A stretch of DNA of 64,000 bases, from assembly GCA_963736895.1 (NCBI GenBank), contig CAVTQU010000010.1, forward strand, positions 131,111 to 195,110. Direction: 5' to 3'. Under the pieces are notes generated by a model. It worked only from the letters and a program-made list of their open reading frames with translations. It was not told where the DNA came from and made no database searches. Both the position numbers and the translations under genes were made by a program. The stretch is from an uncultured Chloroflexia bacterium (GTDB lineage: Bacteria > Chloroflexota > Limnocylindria > Limnocylindrales > CSP1-4). Position 1 is the first letter of the stretch. Every line of letters starts with the position of its first letter. Below are positions 54,125-64,000 of the stretch, piece by piece.

Positions 54125-56206
54125 ATGAGTCTACGGACTCGGCGAAGCGCGGCATTGCTCGCTTCGCTCATGCTCCTGGCGGTCGCGTGTACCGGGGCAA
54201 CCCCGACACAGGCACCCGCTCAGAGCCAGCCAGCGGCAAGCCAGCCCGCGGCAAGTCAGCCCGCGGCCAGTCAGCCAGCGGCAAGCCAGCCCGCGGCCAG
54301 TGAGCCCGGAGCCAGCGAGCCTGCAGCCAGCGAGCCCGCAGCCAGCGAGCCCGCAGCCAGCCAGCCAACAGGCGGCGAGGGTGGGGTACTCCGCATCTAT
54401 TGCTGCGCCACTGACCCGCGGTCCCTGCACCCGCAGGCCGCTTCAGGTACCGACGAGATTTCAATCATCGGCGGCATCCAGCGCGGTCTCCTGTACTACA
54501 ACCAGGACCTGACGCTGCGGCCCGAGCTTGCGACGGACATGCCGACCATCTCTGATGACGGCCTGGAATACACGTTCACGCTCGGCGATCACAACTACAG
54601 TGATGGCACGCCGATTGTGGCTGATGACTACGTTCGTGCCGTCCGGCAGCTGGCCGACCCGCGCAACGCCTTCGACTACGGTTATGAGGCATGCTGGATC
54701 GCAGGCGTCGACGACATCCTGGGCGCCGACTTCGGTTGCTCAACCGATGCACCTGCGATGGCTCTGCCGGCAGACCCGGCTCAGTACTTCACGGGCACGC
54801 CCGAAGACCAGGCGATCGACGCCGCCCTCGAGACCATCGGTGTCGAGGCGGTCGACGACCACACGGTCAAGTACACGCTGAAGACGCCTACCAGCTTCTT
54901 CACGAACCTGATTGCCATGTGGCTGTTCACCCCTGTACCCGAGAGCCAGACCACCTGGGCTGAGGCCGCGGACATCAAGTCGTCCGGTCCCTTCATGATC
55001 CAGAGCTGGACCCACAACTCCGGGATGGTGCTCGTGCCGAATTCCGAGTGGACCGGTGCGACGAAGCCATCGCTTAGCAGCATCGAGATCGGCATCGGTG
55101 GCGATCCCGCCGCAGCCGTCGCTGCTTGGGAGCGCGGTGACCTCGACCAGGTTGTCATTCCGTCGAGCGACGTTCGACGCGTTCTCGACACCCCTGAGTA
55201 CGCCGACATGATCAATCGCGGCACCACGCTGTCGATTGAGTACTACGACTTCGCCAACTGCGTCGCCAAGGATGCGGATGGCAACGTCCTGTGCCCGCCG
55301 AACGCGGCTGTTGGTAACGACGCTCGAGTTCCGGGTGGAAGCCCCTCGCAGAACGCGAACTTCCGTCGGGCACTCACCGAGGCCGTCGATCGGGCGGAGA
55401 TGATCCAGGTCGGCTTCGCCGGTCTCGGCACCGTCTCCTACAGCCCGACGATGCCCGGTATCCCCGGCTTCCCAACTATCACCGACGCCAACAACCCGTA
55501 TCCGTTCGACGTCACGACGGCTCTCGCCACGATGTCGACGGCTCTTGATGAGCTCGGGATCGGCCAGCCGGATCCGGCTGACGCCGACGCCAACGGGATC
55601 CCCGACGCCGTCGATGCGTTGATAGTCGCTTCGGATCCGCCGGCGCCAACCGACTGCGATCAGACCTGCGCGACCACCAAGGCTCGCGTCCAGCTGCTCG
55701 CCCCATTGAAGTTCGGTTACAACTGCGATGCCGGCCACGATCAGCGCGTGCTGTACCTGGCCAACGTCTGGCGCACGAACCTTGGGTTCACGGGCCAGCA
55801 GATGGACATCCGCTGCACCGACTTCGGTACATTCCGTACCGAGCGACGTGCCGGCAATGTCTACGACATCGCCCGCAACGGTTGGGGCGCGGACTTCCCG
55901 CATCCTGACAACCAGAACCGCGACCTGTTCGCCTGCGGCGCTGGTAACAACAACTCCAAGTACTGCAACCCCGACTACGACGCGCTCCTCAACCAGGGCG
56001 CAGCGGCAGCTGACTACGCAGCGGCAGAGCCCTTCTACCATCAGGCAGAAGAGCTTCTTGCCAAGGACGCGCCGGTCATCTTCCTGCGCTACGGTGAGGG
56101 CGTTCGACTGATCCGCCCGTGGGTCACTGGTCTCCAGCCCACGTCTTCGGATCACACGAATGTTGGTGACGTCTTCTACGAGACGATCAGCATCGCGCCT
56201 CACTAA
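54125..56206 (+). CDS. ABC transporter substrate-binding lipoprotein, family 5 (peptide/nickel/opine type)
   Basis: Intact 693 aa. Signal peptide with lipobox LLAVAC, a PAASQ/PAASE low-complexity linker, then an SBP_bac_5-like body. The operon continues with two permeases and two ATPases. Confidence 0.9.
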   Translation: MSLRTRRSAALLASLMLLAVACTGATPTQAPAQSQPAASQPAASQPAASQPAASQPAASEPGASEPAASEPAASEPAASQPTGGEGGVLRIYCCATDPRSLHPQAASGTDEISIIGGIQRGLLYYNQDLTLRPELATDMPTISDDGLEYTFTLGDHNYSDGTPIVADDYVRAVRQLADPRNAFDYGYEACWIAGVDDILGADFGCSTDAPAMALPADPAQYFTGTPEDQAIDAALETIGVEAVDDHTVKYTLKTPTSFFTNLIAMWLFTPVPESQTTWAEAADIKSSGPFMIQSWTHNSGMVLVPNSEWTGATKPSLSSIEIGIGGDPAAAVAAWERGDLDQVVIPSSDVRRVLDTPEYADMINRGTTLSIEYYDFANCVAKDADGNVLCPPNAAVGNDARVPGGSPSQNANFRRALTEAVDRAEMIQVGFAGLGTVSYSPTMPGIPGFPTITDANNPYPFDVTTALATMSTALDELGIGQPDPADADANGIPDAVDALIVASDPPAPTDCDQTCATTKARVQLLAPLKFGYNCDAGHDQRVLYLANVWRTNLGFTGQQMDIRCTDFGTFRTERRAGNVYDIARNGWGADFPHPDNQNRDLFACGAGNNNSKYCNPDYDALLNQGAAAADYAAAEPFYHQAEELLAKDAPVIFLRYGEGVRLIRPWVTGLQPTSSDHTNVGDVFYETISIAPH
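54227..54361 (+). repeat. 9 tandem 15-bp in-frame repeats encoding (QPAAS)5(EP[G/A]AS)4
   Basis: Units start at 54227, 54242, 54257, 54272, 54287, 54302, 54317, 54332 and 54347. They encode the linker after the lipoprotein Cys. Confidence 0.9.
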
Positions 56207-56218
56207 GGGTCAATCCGC

Positions 56219-56328
56219 TCACGAAGTAACCTTCGTGATAGGGAAGACGTAACGAATTTGTGGGCCAGCCGTATGGCTGGCCCACAGGTCCATATGGCAC
56301 AATCAGCGCCTCTCGGGGAAGAGGCGTT
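56219..56328 (+). other. three stable stem-loops in the SBP-permease spacer (possible mRNA stabiliser or partial terminator)
   Basis: TCACGAAG-taac-CTTCGTGA (56219-56238). TGTGGGCCAGCC-gtat-GGCTGGCCCACA (56259-56286, 12 bp). CGCCTCT-cgggga-AGAGGCG (56307-56326). None is followed by a U-tract. Confidence 0.4.
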
Positions 56329-56354
56329 CCGAACTAGCTAGCGAGACTTGCGAA

Positions 56355-57272
56355 ATGGCCGGCTACATCGTTCGGCGAGTTCTGTGGCTCATCCCAGTTC
56401 TGATCGCCGTATCACTCATCACCTTCACGCTCATGCACCTGGTCCCGGGAGGGCCGTGGTCGGGCGAGAAGCAGGTGTATGGCGGTGTGACAAAGGCGAT
56501 TGAAGCCAAGTACCACCTCAACGAGCCAATCTGGCAGCAGTACGGCCGTTGGGTCTACGACTTCGTCCGCGGTGACTTCGGTCCATCGTTCAAGTACGCG
56601 GACCGGAGCATCAACCAGATCATTTCCGAAGGCTTGCCCGCCACATTGCAGCTGGGCATCATGGCCTTCGTCCTTGCCCTTGCCGTCGGCCTGCCACTGG
56701 GCATCATTGCCGCGCTCGGGCACAACCGCTGGCCTGACTACATTGCGACCGGCGTTTCGATGATCGGCATCGCCACTCCAAGCTTCGTGCTGGCGATCCT
56801 GCTGATCGTCGTGTTCAGCGTGTGGTTAAAGGCGTTGCCGCCGTTAGGCTGGAAGGGACCCGATACCTGGGTGCTGCCGGTCCTCGCGCTGGCCGGCTAC
56901 CAGATCGCGCAGATTGCCCGGTACACGCGCGCCTCGATGCTCGAGGTGACACGCAAGGACTACATCAGAACGGCCCATTCAAAGGGGCTGCGCGAGCGCG
57001 CGGTGGTGGTGCGCCACATGATCCGCAATGCGCTCATCCCGGTGATCACCATCCTGGGGCCCATCCTGGCCTTCCTGGTCACGGGCTCGTTCATCATCGA
57101 GCAGTTCTTCGGCATCCCGGGCATCGGCCGCTATTACGTCCAGGGCATCGTGCAGCGCGACTACAGCCTGATCATGGCCATGACCGTGATCTACGCCTTC
57201 GCCGTGGCCGCACTGAACGTCGTGGTCGACGTCCTGTACGGCTACATCGACCCGCGCATCCGCTACAGCTGA
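56355..57272 (+). CDS. ABC transporter permease (OppB/DppB-like)
   Basis: Intact 305 aa with six TM helices and the binding-protein-dependent transport EAA-like loop (YIRTAHSKGLRERAVVVRH). The C-terminus is DPRIRYS. Confidence 0.92.
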   Translation: MAGYIVRRVLWLIPVLIAVSLITFTLMHLVPGGPWSGEKQVYGGVTKAIEAKYHLNEPIWQQYGRWVYDFVRGDFGPSFKYADRSINQIISEGLPATLQLGIMAFVLALAVGLPLGIIAALGHNRWPDYIATGVSMIGIATPSFVLAILLIVVFSVWLKALPPLGWKGPDTWVLPVLALAGYQIAQIARYTRASMLEVTRKDYIRTAHSKGLRERAVVVRHMIRNALIPVITILGPILAFLVTGSFIIEQFFGIPGIGRYYVQGIVQRDYSLIMAMTVIYAFAVAALNVVVDVLYGYIDPRIRYS

Positions 57273-57285
57273 GGTCGCAAGAGAT

Positions 57286-58233
57286 ATGGCCGTCAGGACA
57301 GAGGTTGCCAAGCCCGGCGCAGTAGACCAGCGTCGCAGCTCCGGAATTTGGCGGGACGCATTCGGCAGACTTGCGAAGAACCGCCTGGCCGTCGTTGGCC
57401 TCGGGTTCGTGATCTTCCTCGCGTTTCTCGGCATTCTCGGCCCGCGTTTCGCGCCGTGGCCGTATGACGCGCAGGACACTACCGCACTCATCGCCAACAA
57501 CTTCCTGCCGCTGACCCCATTCCAGGTGCCGACGCACATCCTGGGCACCGACCAGCTGGGCCAGGACATGCTCTCTCGCCTGATGGACGGCGCGCAGATC
57601 AGCCTGAGCGTCGCTCTCGTCGTCCAGATCGTGGTGCTGTTCATCGGTCTGCCGATCGGCGCCATTGCCGGCTGGTTCGGCGGCCGGACCGACACCTACC
57701 TGATGCGCTTCACCGACGTCATGTATGCCTTCCCAGACCTGCTGCTCATCATCCTGATGTCAGTGGCGTTCCGCGACACCTGGTTCGGCCGCCTGTATAG
57801 CGGCCTGTTCCTTGTGTTCGTGGCCATTGGGTTGACATCGTGGGTCACTGTCTCCCGCCTCGTGCGCGGCCAGATGCTGTCGCTCAAGGAGATGGAGTTC
57901 GTCGAGGCCGCCAAGGCGCTCGGCGTAAAAGACCGGAATATCGTGACCAAGCACTTGATGCCCAACTCGATCGGCCCCATCATCGTCGCCGTGACGCTGG
58001 GCATCCCGGGAGCCATCCTCGCCGAAGCCACGCTGGCCTACCTGGGAGTCGGAGTCCAGCCGCCGCGCGCATCGTGGGGCAGCCTTATCGCGGCGGGCCA
58101 ACCGCTCATCCGGACGGCGCCGCACCTGGTCTACCTGCCGGGCATCATGATCGCCCTGGCGCTGATCAGCTTCACGTTCCTCGGCGACGGCCTGCGTGAC
58201 GCGCTCGATCCCAAGCTCAAGGGAAAGCAATAG
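57286..58233 (+). CDS. ABC transporter permease (OppC/DppC-like)
   Basis: Intact 315 aa. [23 protein letters not shown] is the EAA loop, and the C-terminus is [13 protein letters not shown]. Confidence 0.92.
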   Translation: MAVRTEVAKPGAVDQRRSSGIWRDAFGRLAKNRLAVVGLGFVIFLAFLGILGPRFAPWPYDAQDTTALIANNFLPLTPFQVPTHILGTDQLGQDMLSRLMDGAQISLSVALVVQIVVLFIGLPIGAIAGWFGGRTDTYLMRFTDVMYAFPDLLLIILMSVAFRDTWFGRLYSGLFLVFVAIGLTSWVTVSRLVRGQMLSLKEMEFVEAAKALGVKDRNIVTKHLMPNSIGPIIVAVTLGIPGAILAEATLAYLGVGVQPPRASWGSLIAAGQPLIRTAPHLVYLPGIMIALALISFTFLGDGLRDALDPKLKGKQ

Positions 58234-58234
58234 G

Positions 58235-59333
58235 TTGGGACCAACCACCGACAACGCTTCCGTGGCAGCTGAAGCCCCGGTCGACATAACCCTTTCCGAC
58301 CAACTGGCATCCGAGGCAGCCGAGCGCGAGGTCAAGCGCGCCAAGGCCGAGAGCCTCCTCGAGGTTCGCAACCTGTCCACGCACTTCTTCACGCCTGATG
58401 GCGTGGTTCACGCCGTCGATGACGTGAGCTTCGAGCTCGGCTACGGCGAGACGCTGGGCCTGGTCGGGGAGTCGGGCTGCGGCAAGTCGGTGACGGCTCT
58501 GTCGTTGACCCGCCTCGTGCCGGATCCGCCCGGCAAGATCGTGGCTGGCGAGATCCTGTTCGAGGGCGTCGACCTGTTGAAGCTCGACAAGGACGAGATG
58601 CGCCGGCTGCGCGGCAAGGACATCGGCTTCATCTTCCAGGACCCGCTCAGCAGCCTCAACCCGACCCTCACCATCGGCTACCAGATTTCCGAGTCGATCC
58701 GCCAGCACATGGGCCTGCCCACAAAGGCGGCGAAGGATCGCGTTGTCGAGCTGCTGTCGAAGGTCGGCATTCCGCGGCCGCGCGACCGCCTGAACGACTA
58801 TCCGTTCCAGTTCTCGGGCGGCATGCGGCAGCGCGCCATGATCGCCATCGCCCTTGCCTGTGACCCCAAGTTGCTGCTCGCCGACGAGCCGACCACCGCT
58901 CTCGACGTCACAATCCAGGCCCAGATTCTTCGAGCTGATTCGTAAACTGTCGGAGGAGTTCAAGACGGCCGTGCTGATGATCACCCACGACCTGGGGATC
59001 GCTGCCGGCATGTGCGACCGCATCAACGTGATGTACGCCGGCCGCATCGTCGAGACTGGGGGCGTCGACATCATGTTCGACAACCCGCGCATGCCCTACA
59101 CGTGGGGTCTGCTGGACTCGCTGCCGCGCATGGATGACAAGCGCGGTGACAAGCTGAGAACTATTGAAGGACTGCCGCCGATGCTCATCAGGCTTCCTGA
59201 TGCGTGCCGTTTCAACCCGCGCTGCCCATACGCGCGAGACATCTGCCTCAACAAGGAGCCCGACCTGACGCTTCGCGATGAGAGCCACTGGGCGCGTTGC
59301 CACGGCACCGACACCAACGGTTGGATCCCATGA
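58235..59333 (+). CDS. ABC transporter ATP-binding protein (OppD/DppD-like), one frame disruption
   Basis: TTG 58235 lies 2 nt after the permease stop. Walker A GESGCGKS, signature FSGGMRQR, Walker [13 protein letters not shown]. An extra C near 58930 precedes [22 protein letters not shown], which leads into the oligopeptide C-terminal domain. Confidence 0.88.
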
Positions 59334-60629
59334 CCGCACCCACGCTCAGCGAGCCGGCGGCGGCTCAATCGCAGTATGCCGGCCAAAAGGGAAATCTAGT
59401 CGACGTTCAGAACCTGAAGGTCTACTTCCCGATCAGGGCCGGCATGTTCCAGCGCACCATCGGCTCGGTAAAGGCCGTCGACGACATCTCGTTCGAGGTC
59501 AGGCGCGGCGAGACGCTCGGTCTCGTCGGCGAGTCCGGCTGGGCAAGAGCACAACCGGACGTGCCGTGATTAGGCTGCGCGAGCCAACCGCGGGAACTGT
59601 CCTCTTCGATGGCCAGGATCTGGCCAAGGTCGACAAGGACAAGCTGCGCAAGCTTCGTCGACAGATGCAGATCATCTTCCAGGACCCGTACTCGTCCCTC
59701 GACCCACGGATGACGGTCAACTCGATCATCAGTGAGCCCATCGAGACCCACAACCTCAAGAAGGGCAAGGAGAAGCGCGAGCGCGTCGCCGAGCTGCTCG
59801 AGATGGTCGGCCTCGATCCGCGGTTCGTGAACCGCTACCCGCATGAGTTCAGTGGTGGCCAGCGCCAGCGCATCGGCGTCGCACGAGCGCTCGCGGTCGA
59901 ACCGAGTTCATCGTCTGCGACGAGCCGATCAGCGCGCTCGACGTCTCTATCCAGGCGCAGGTGCTGAACCTGCTGACCGAGCTCAAAAATCGCCTCAACC
60001 TGACATACCTGTTCATCGCCCACGACCTGTCCGTTGTGAAGCACGTCAGCGACCGCGTCGCCGTGATGTACCTGGGCAAGATCGTCGAGCTGGCGCCGCC
60101 CGAGGCTCTCTACACGGGTCCTGCCCATCCGTACACGCGGGCGCTGCTCTCGGCCGTGCCGGTGCCGGATCCTGTAGCCGAGCGGCGCCGCAAGCGCGTC
60201 ATCCTGCGGGGCGATGTTCCGTCGCCGGTCAATCCCCCCTCAGGCTGCCGCTTCCACACCCGTTGCTGGCTCTACGAACGACTGGGCAAGCCGGAGAACT
60301 GCCGCACCGACGATCCCGAGCTGCGCGTGCTGCAGGGCGACCACCGCGCAGCCTGCCACTACGCCGAAGAGGCGCTGAAGACGGACGTGGGCATTGCCCA
60401 CGTGGACCCGAACCAGGTTCGCCGCGGCACGCCTGCGTCGGCCCTGCAGTTCGCCAAGAAGCCTGAGGCGGCGCACCTGATGGCGCCGATCACCGCGGGT
60501 GAGGCAGACCTCGCGCCGGCTGTAGACGAGACGGCGACGGTCGAGGAGACGGCTCCGGTCGACGAGACGACGCCGACTGATGGCGGAACCTCATCGGGCA
60601 ACGGCACGGGACCGAACACTCCCGCCTGA
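59330..60629 (+). CDS. ABC transporter ATP-binding protein (OppF/DppF-like), two frame disruptions
   Basis: ATGA overlap with the previous gene. GLVGESG(C)GKSTTGRAV, with one base missing near 59547. [19 protein letters not shown] / [13 protein letters not shown], with a break near 59905. C-terminal [11 protein letters not shown], then a Thr/Glu/Pro-rich tail. Confidence 0.88.
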
Positions 60630-60654
60630 GCGCGACCAGGGCTGGAAGGTCGAG

Positions 60655-61739
60655 CTAGGAGACCTGCACCTTCGGCGTGGAGTCGAGGACCTCGCGACTC
60701 TTGTCCGCGTAATGGCACGCAACGATGTGCTCGGAGTTGCCGGCGTAGGCGTTGAACGGTGGATCGCCCGTCACGCAGTTCTCAGGATTCCCGAGCTTCT
60801 CGAAGAGCCAGCATCGAGTATGAAAGCGGCACCCTGACGGGATGTTGACCGGGCTGGAACGTCTCCACGGAGGATGATGCGCTGGCGTCGCGCGTCAGGA
60901 TCGGGTACGGGGATCGCGGACATGAGAGCCTGCGTGTACGGGTGCCTCGGGTCGGCGTAGACGGCTTCGCGCGGCGCCTGCTCAACGACACGGCCGAGGT
61001 ACATGACGGCGACGCGGTCGCTGATGTGCTCGACTACGGCCATGTTGTGGGCGATGAACAGCAACGTCAGTCCAAGTTCGCGCTGAAGGTCGCGAAGCAG
61101 GTTGAGGACCTGGGCCTGGGTCGGAGACGTCGAGGGCGCTGACGGGCTCGTCACACACCACGAGGTCAGGCTCAGGATGAGCGCCCGCGCGATGCCGATC
61201 CTCTGTCGCTGGCCGCCGCTGAACTCGTGCGGGTAACGTGCCGACTGGTCGGAGCCAGATCCACAAGGTCCATCATCCGCTTGACCTTGGCCTTGCGCTC
61301 CGCCGTCGTGCCCACGTTATGGATGCGCAAACCGTCGCCGATGCTCTCGCCGATCGGGGAGCGCGGATCGAGTGACGCAAACGGATCTGGAAGATGATCT
61401 GGATACGTCGCCTGAAATCCTTCATCTTGCCAGCCGGGAGTTTGGTGATATCGGTCCCATCGAAAATGATCTTGCCCGCCGTGGGTTCGATCAACCTGAG
61501 CAGGAGCCGACCTACGGTCGTCTTGCCGCAGCCGACTCGCCCACCAGGCCGAGGGCCTCACCGCGACGGATGGTCAGGTCCACACCGTCAACCGCTTTCA
61601 CCTCCGCGACCGTTCGCTGGAGGATGCCGCCCTTGACCGGGAAGCGCTTCTCGAGGCCCTGAATCTCCACCAGCGGCTGCTCGTACACGGGCGCCGTCTC
61701 GATCTCGCGTACGGCCTGGCTGATGCTGGCCACGCTCAT
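60655..61739 (-). CDS. ABC transporter ATP-binding protein (OppF-like, second system), at least 6 frame disruptions
   Basis: [14 protein letters not shown]...GLVGES / [26 protein letters not shown]...IIFQ / [11 protein letters not shown]... / [22 protein letters not shown] / [16 protein letters not shown] / [13 protein letters not shown]...ILRGDVP / [16 protein letters not shown]... Confidence 0.8.
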
Positions 61740-62898
61740 GACGGGCCTGGCCCGTCCGTGCTCGGCGGAGTGGCCAGAGGCGGAGTCCAGCCCGGCGTCT
61801 GGTCGGACGTGTGGTACAGCCAGCAACGCACCGTATGCGCCGAGCCGGTTGGCCGGAGCTCAGGGTAAATCTCGGTGGCCGGCGTCACGTCGTGCTCCTC
61901 GCGCGCGTGGCAGCGCGGGGCAAAGCGACAGGCCTGTGGGAGATCGATCAGGTTGGGCACCATGCCCGGGATGGTCGAGAGCTCATCGACCGGCTGGCCC
62001 AGCACAGGCACGGAGCCGATGAGGCCCTTCGTGTATGGATGCTTGGGATCCCGAAAGAGAGTTCGTGTGTCGCTCTCTTCGATGATCTCACCGGCGTACA
62101 TCACGGCGACTCGGTCGCACATCCTCCGCGACGACCGAGGTCGTGGGTGATGAGGATGATTGCGGTTCCGGTGTCGCGCTGCAGACGGCGCATCGAGCAG
62201 GATCTGCGCCTGGATCGTGACGTCAAGGGCGGTGGTCGGCTCGTCGGCGATCAGGAGCTCCGGCTCGCAGGCGAGTGCCATGGCGATCATGACCGCGCTG
62301 AGCCATCCCGCCGGACATCTCGTGCGGATACGAATCGAGCCGCCGTTTCGGGTCGGGTATGCCGACCATTCGCAACATCTCCAGCGAACGTTCCATCGCT
62401 GCCTTCTTGTTCATGCCGCGGTGCGCCTCCAGCACCTCGCTGATCTGAACCCCCACCTTGACGACGGGGTTCAGCGAACACGTCGGCTGCTGAAAGATCA
62501 TGGAGATGCGATTGCCGCGATTCGTGCGCATTTTCTTGTCGTCGGCCTTGAGCGAGATCCTGGCCGTCGAAGACGACCTCGCCCAAATCGATCGTGCCGG
62601 GTGGGGCGATGAGGCCCATGATCGACAGCGACGTCACGCTCTTGCCGCATCCAGACTCGCCTACCAGGCCAAGGACCTCACCGCGCTTGATGGAGAAGTC
62701 GATGCCGGTGACCGCCTGGACCAATCCCTCGCGCAGCTTGAAGGACGTGCGCAAGTTCCGGACCTTCAGGAGCGTCTCGCCCACGACGCCACGTGGGCGC
62801 GCGGCGGCCTCCGGGACGAGCTCCTCGATGACCGTCTCGTTGAGCGATGGGACAACTTCGCTCGGCGTGTCGCTGAGAACAGGTTGAGCCTGTGTCAT
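61736..62898 (-). CDS. ABC transporter ATP-binding protein (OppD-like, second system), about 4-5 frame disruptions
   Basis: [10 protein letters not shown]...[20 protein letters not shown]...FDGQDL / ...[17 protein letters not shown]...[13 protein letters not shown] / [31 protein letters not shown] / ...[12 protein letters not shown] / [15 protein letters not shown]...[12 protein letters not shown] overlap with the downstream ATPase. Confidence 0.8.
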
Positions 62899-62914
62899 GT
62901 GATCTCGCTGAAGC

Positions 62915-63873
62915 TCAACGTGACAAGCGAGGGTCTAGGGCGTCGCGGAGGCCGTCTTCCAGGAGGTTGAAGCCGAGGACCGTGAGCGTCAGGGCGATGC
63001 CCGGCGCGAGGATCAGCCACGGTGAGTTGAACAACTGGTTTCGCTCGAGGCCGATCATCGTTCCCCATTCAGCGGTGGGTGGCTGCGCGGCCAGTCCCAG
63101 GAAGGAAAGAGCGGCCACTTCCAGCACGGCTGTGCCCACGCCAAGCGTTCCCTGCACGATCAGGGGGGTGATCGAGTTAGGGACGATCCGTCTGCGGAGA
63201 ATGGAGAAAGAGCTGTCGCCGAGAGCCCGGGCGGCAGTCACGTAGTCCTGCTCGCGTACCGAAAGCACCGATGCGCGCATCACGCGCGCGTATATGGGGA
63301 TCGACACGATGGCTACCGCGAGCATGGCTTTCTCGAGCCTTCCAAAGAACCGTACCTCCTCCAGCGCGGTGACGATCACAGGCCGAGGACAGCGCGCGGG
63401 AATGCGAGCAGGATGTCCATGATGCGCATGAACACCGAATCAGACCTGCCACCGGCGAAGCCTGCAACGGCGCCAATTGCCGTGCCGATCAGGATCGCGC
63501 CGAACACGGTGACGAAGCCAACGAACAGTGATACTCGTGAGCCGTAGATCACGCGGCTGAACTGGTCGCGCACGTTGCCGTCGAGGCCGAAAATGTGTTG
63601 CGGCTGGTCGGCAGGGCAACCCAGCAGATCGATGGCCCTGCGCGAGCCTTGGCTCCTGCTTCGATGCCGATCATCGCCAGGTTGGGTGGGTGGGTGGCGA
63701 TGACGTCGGCGAAAACCGCGACGAAGGCCCAGGAAGCCCAGCAAGAGGAGACCTATGCGTGCCGATCGTTCGGCGAGGATGCGGCGCCAAACGTTACGCC
63801 GACGGACGACTCGGGTTTCGTCCGCGACGTCAGGAAGTGGCTTGCCGGTCGCGTCGATTGCGGGGGCGGTCAT
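62915..63873 (-). CDS. ABC transporter permease (OppC-like, second system), about 3 frame disruptions
   Basis: Pieces 63376..63873 and 62915..63379, plus a short unlisted frame. RIGLLLLGFL..., HIFGLDGNVRDQFSRVIYGSRVSLFVGF..., the EAA loop YVTAARALGDSSFSILRRRIVPN, and the C-terminus [14 protein letters not shown]. Confidence 0.8.
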
Positions 63874-64000
63874 TGCAGCCTCACCCGGGGATCAGGAAGC
63901 CGTAGCTGATGTCCGTGATCAGGTTCACGACGACATAGATTATGGCGACGATCAGCCACATGGATCACGATGTAGTCACGCGCGGTCAGCGCCTCGAACA
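63870..64000 (-). CDS. ABC transporter permease (OppB-like, second system), 3' end only, runs off the window; at least one frame disruption
   Basis: The reverse strand reads ...IVAIIYVVVNLITDISYGFLDPRVRLQ, with its stop overlapping the next ATG (ATGA). This is the typical permease C-terminus. Confidence 0.6.
   Translation of the reverse strand, partial: FEALTARDYIVIHVADRRHNLCRREPDHGHQLRLPDPRVRLQ

Noticed and set aside
54227-54361. A possible CRISPR-like array, because of regularly spaced short repeats.
   Set aside because: The units are contiguous 15-bp repeats with no spacers. They are in frame within a lipoprotein gene and encode a QPAAS/EPAAS linker. No cas genes are present.

Overview
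GC-rich bacterial chromosomal window, roughly two-thirds G+C by eye (not computed). It is dominated by housekeeping operons, and no transposase, integrase, CRISPR array or rRNA was seen. Gene order, left to right:
- parB-parA (minus strand).
- A propionate/methylmalonyl module: carboxyltransferase, biotin carboxylase, BCCP, methylmalonyl-CoA mutase catalytic subunit and epimerase.
- sucDC (minus strand), an NAD-type isocitrate dehydrogenase and sdhCDAB.
- An RNase H-like gene and RNase P RNA.
- A nearly complete dcw cluster: mraZ-rsmH-ftsL-ftsI-murF-mraY-murD-ftsW-murG-murB-ddl-ftsQ-ftsA ... ftsZ-yggS-yggT.
- tRNA-Val(CAC), an ArsR/SRPBCC pair, a DAG-kinase-like lipid kinase, an M1 peptidase and aconitase.
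- A NUDIX-gcvT-gcvH-gcvPA-gcvPB operon.
- Two convergent family-5 peptide/nickel-type ABC transporters.

Most unusual content: ftsA and ftsZ are separated by about 6.4 kb. The insert holds a 6-TM class III nucleotide cyclase 4 nt downstream of ftsA, a translationally coupled YjbQ/UPF0047 gene, and a ~1400-aa protein reading cyclase-like domain, STAND-type P-loop NTPase, single TM helix, WD40/beta-propeller. It ends at a 70-bp tandem duplication that looks like two SD-preceded small ORFs on the opposite strand.

Other signals:
- An 18-bp perfect palindrome present twice (inside parB and at the biotin carboxylase start), proposed as a divergent parS.
- A DnaA-box cluster upstream of parA.
- A sigma70-like promoter followed by three AAGTGG repeats at 10-bp spacing upstream of mraZ.
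- A probable leaderless, operator-overlapped arsR promoter.
- Two CTGA stop/start overlaps that imply CTG initiation.

Quality caveat: by manual reading, about 60 single-base frame disruptions interrupt otherwise well-conserved, often essential genes. They cluster in four blocks separated by long error-free stretches. I read these as consensus or assembly indels rather than true pseudogenes, and annotate the genes as single CDSs across the breaks.

Taxonomy is inference only. FtsA together with a split methylmalonyl-CoA mutase and a dcw cluster lacking murE/murC suggests a Chloroflexota/Thermomicrobia-like organism; this is not verifiable here.
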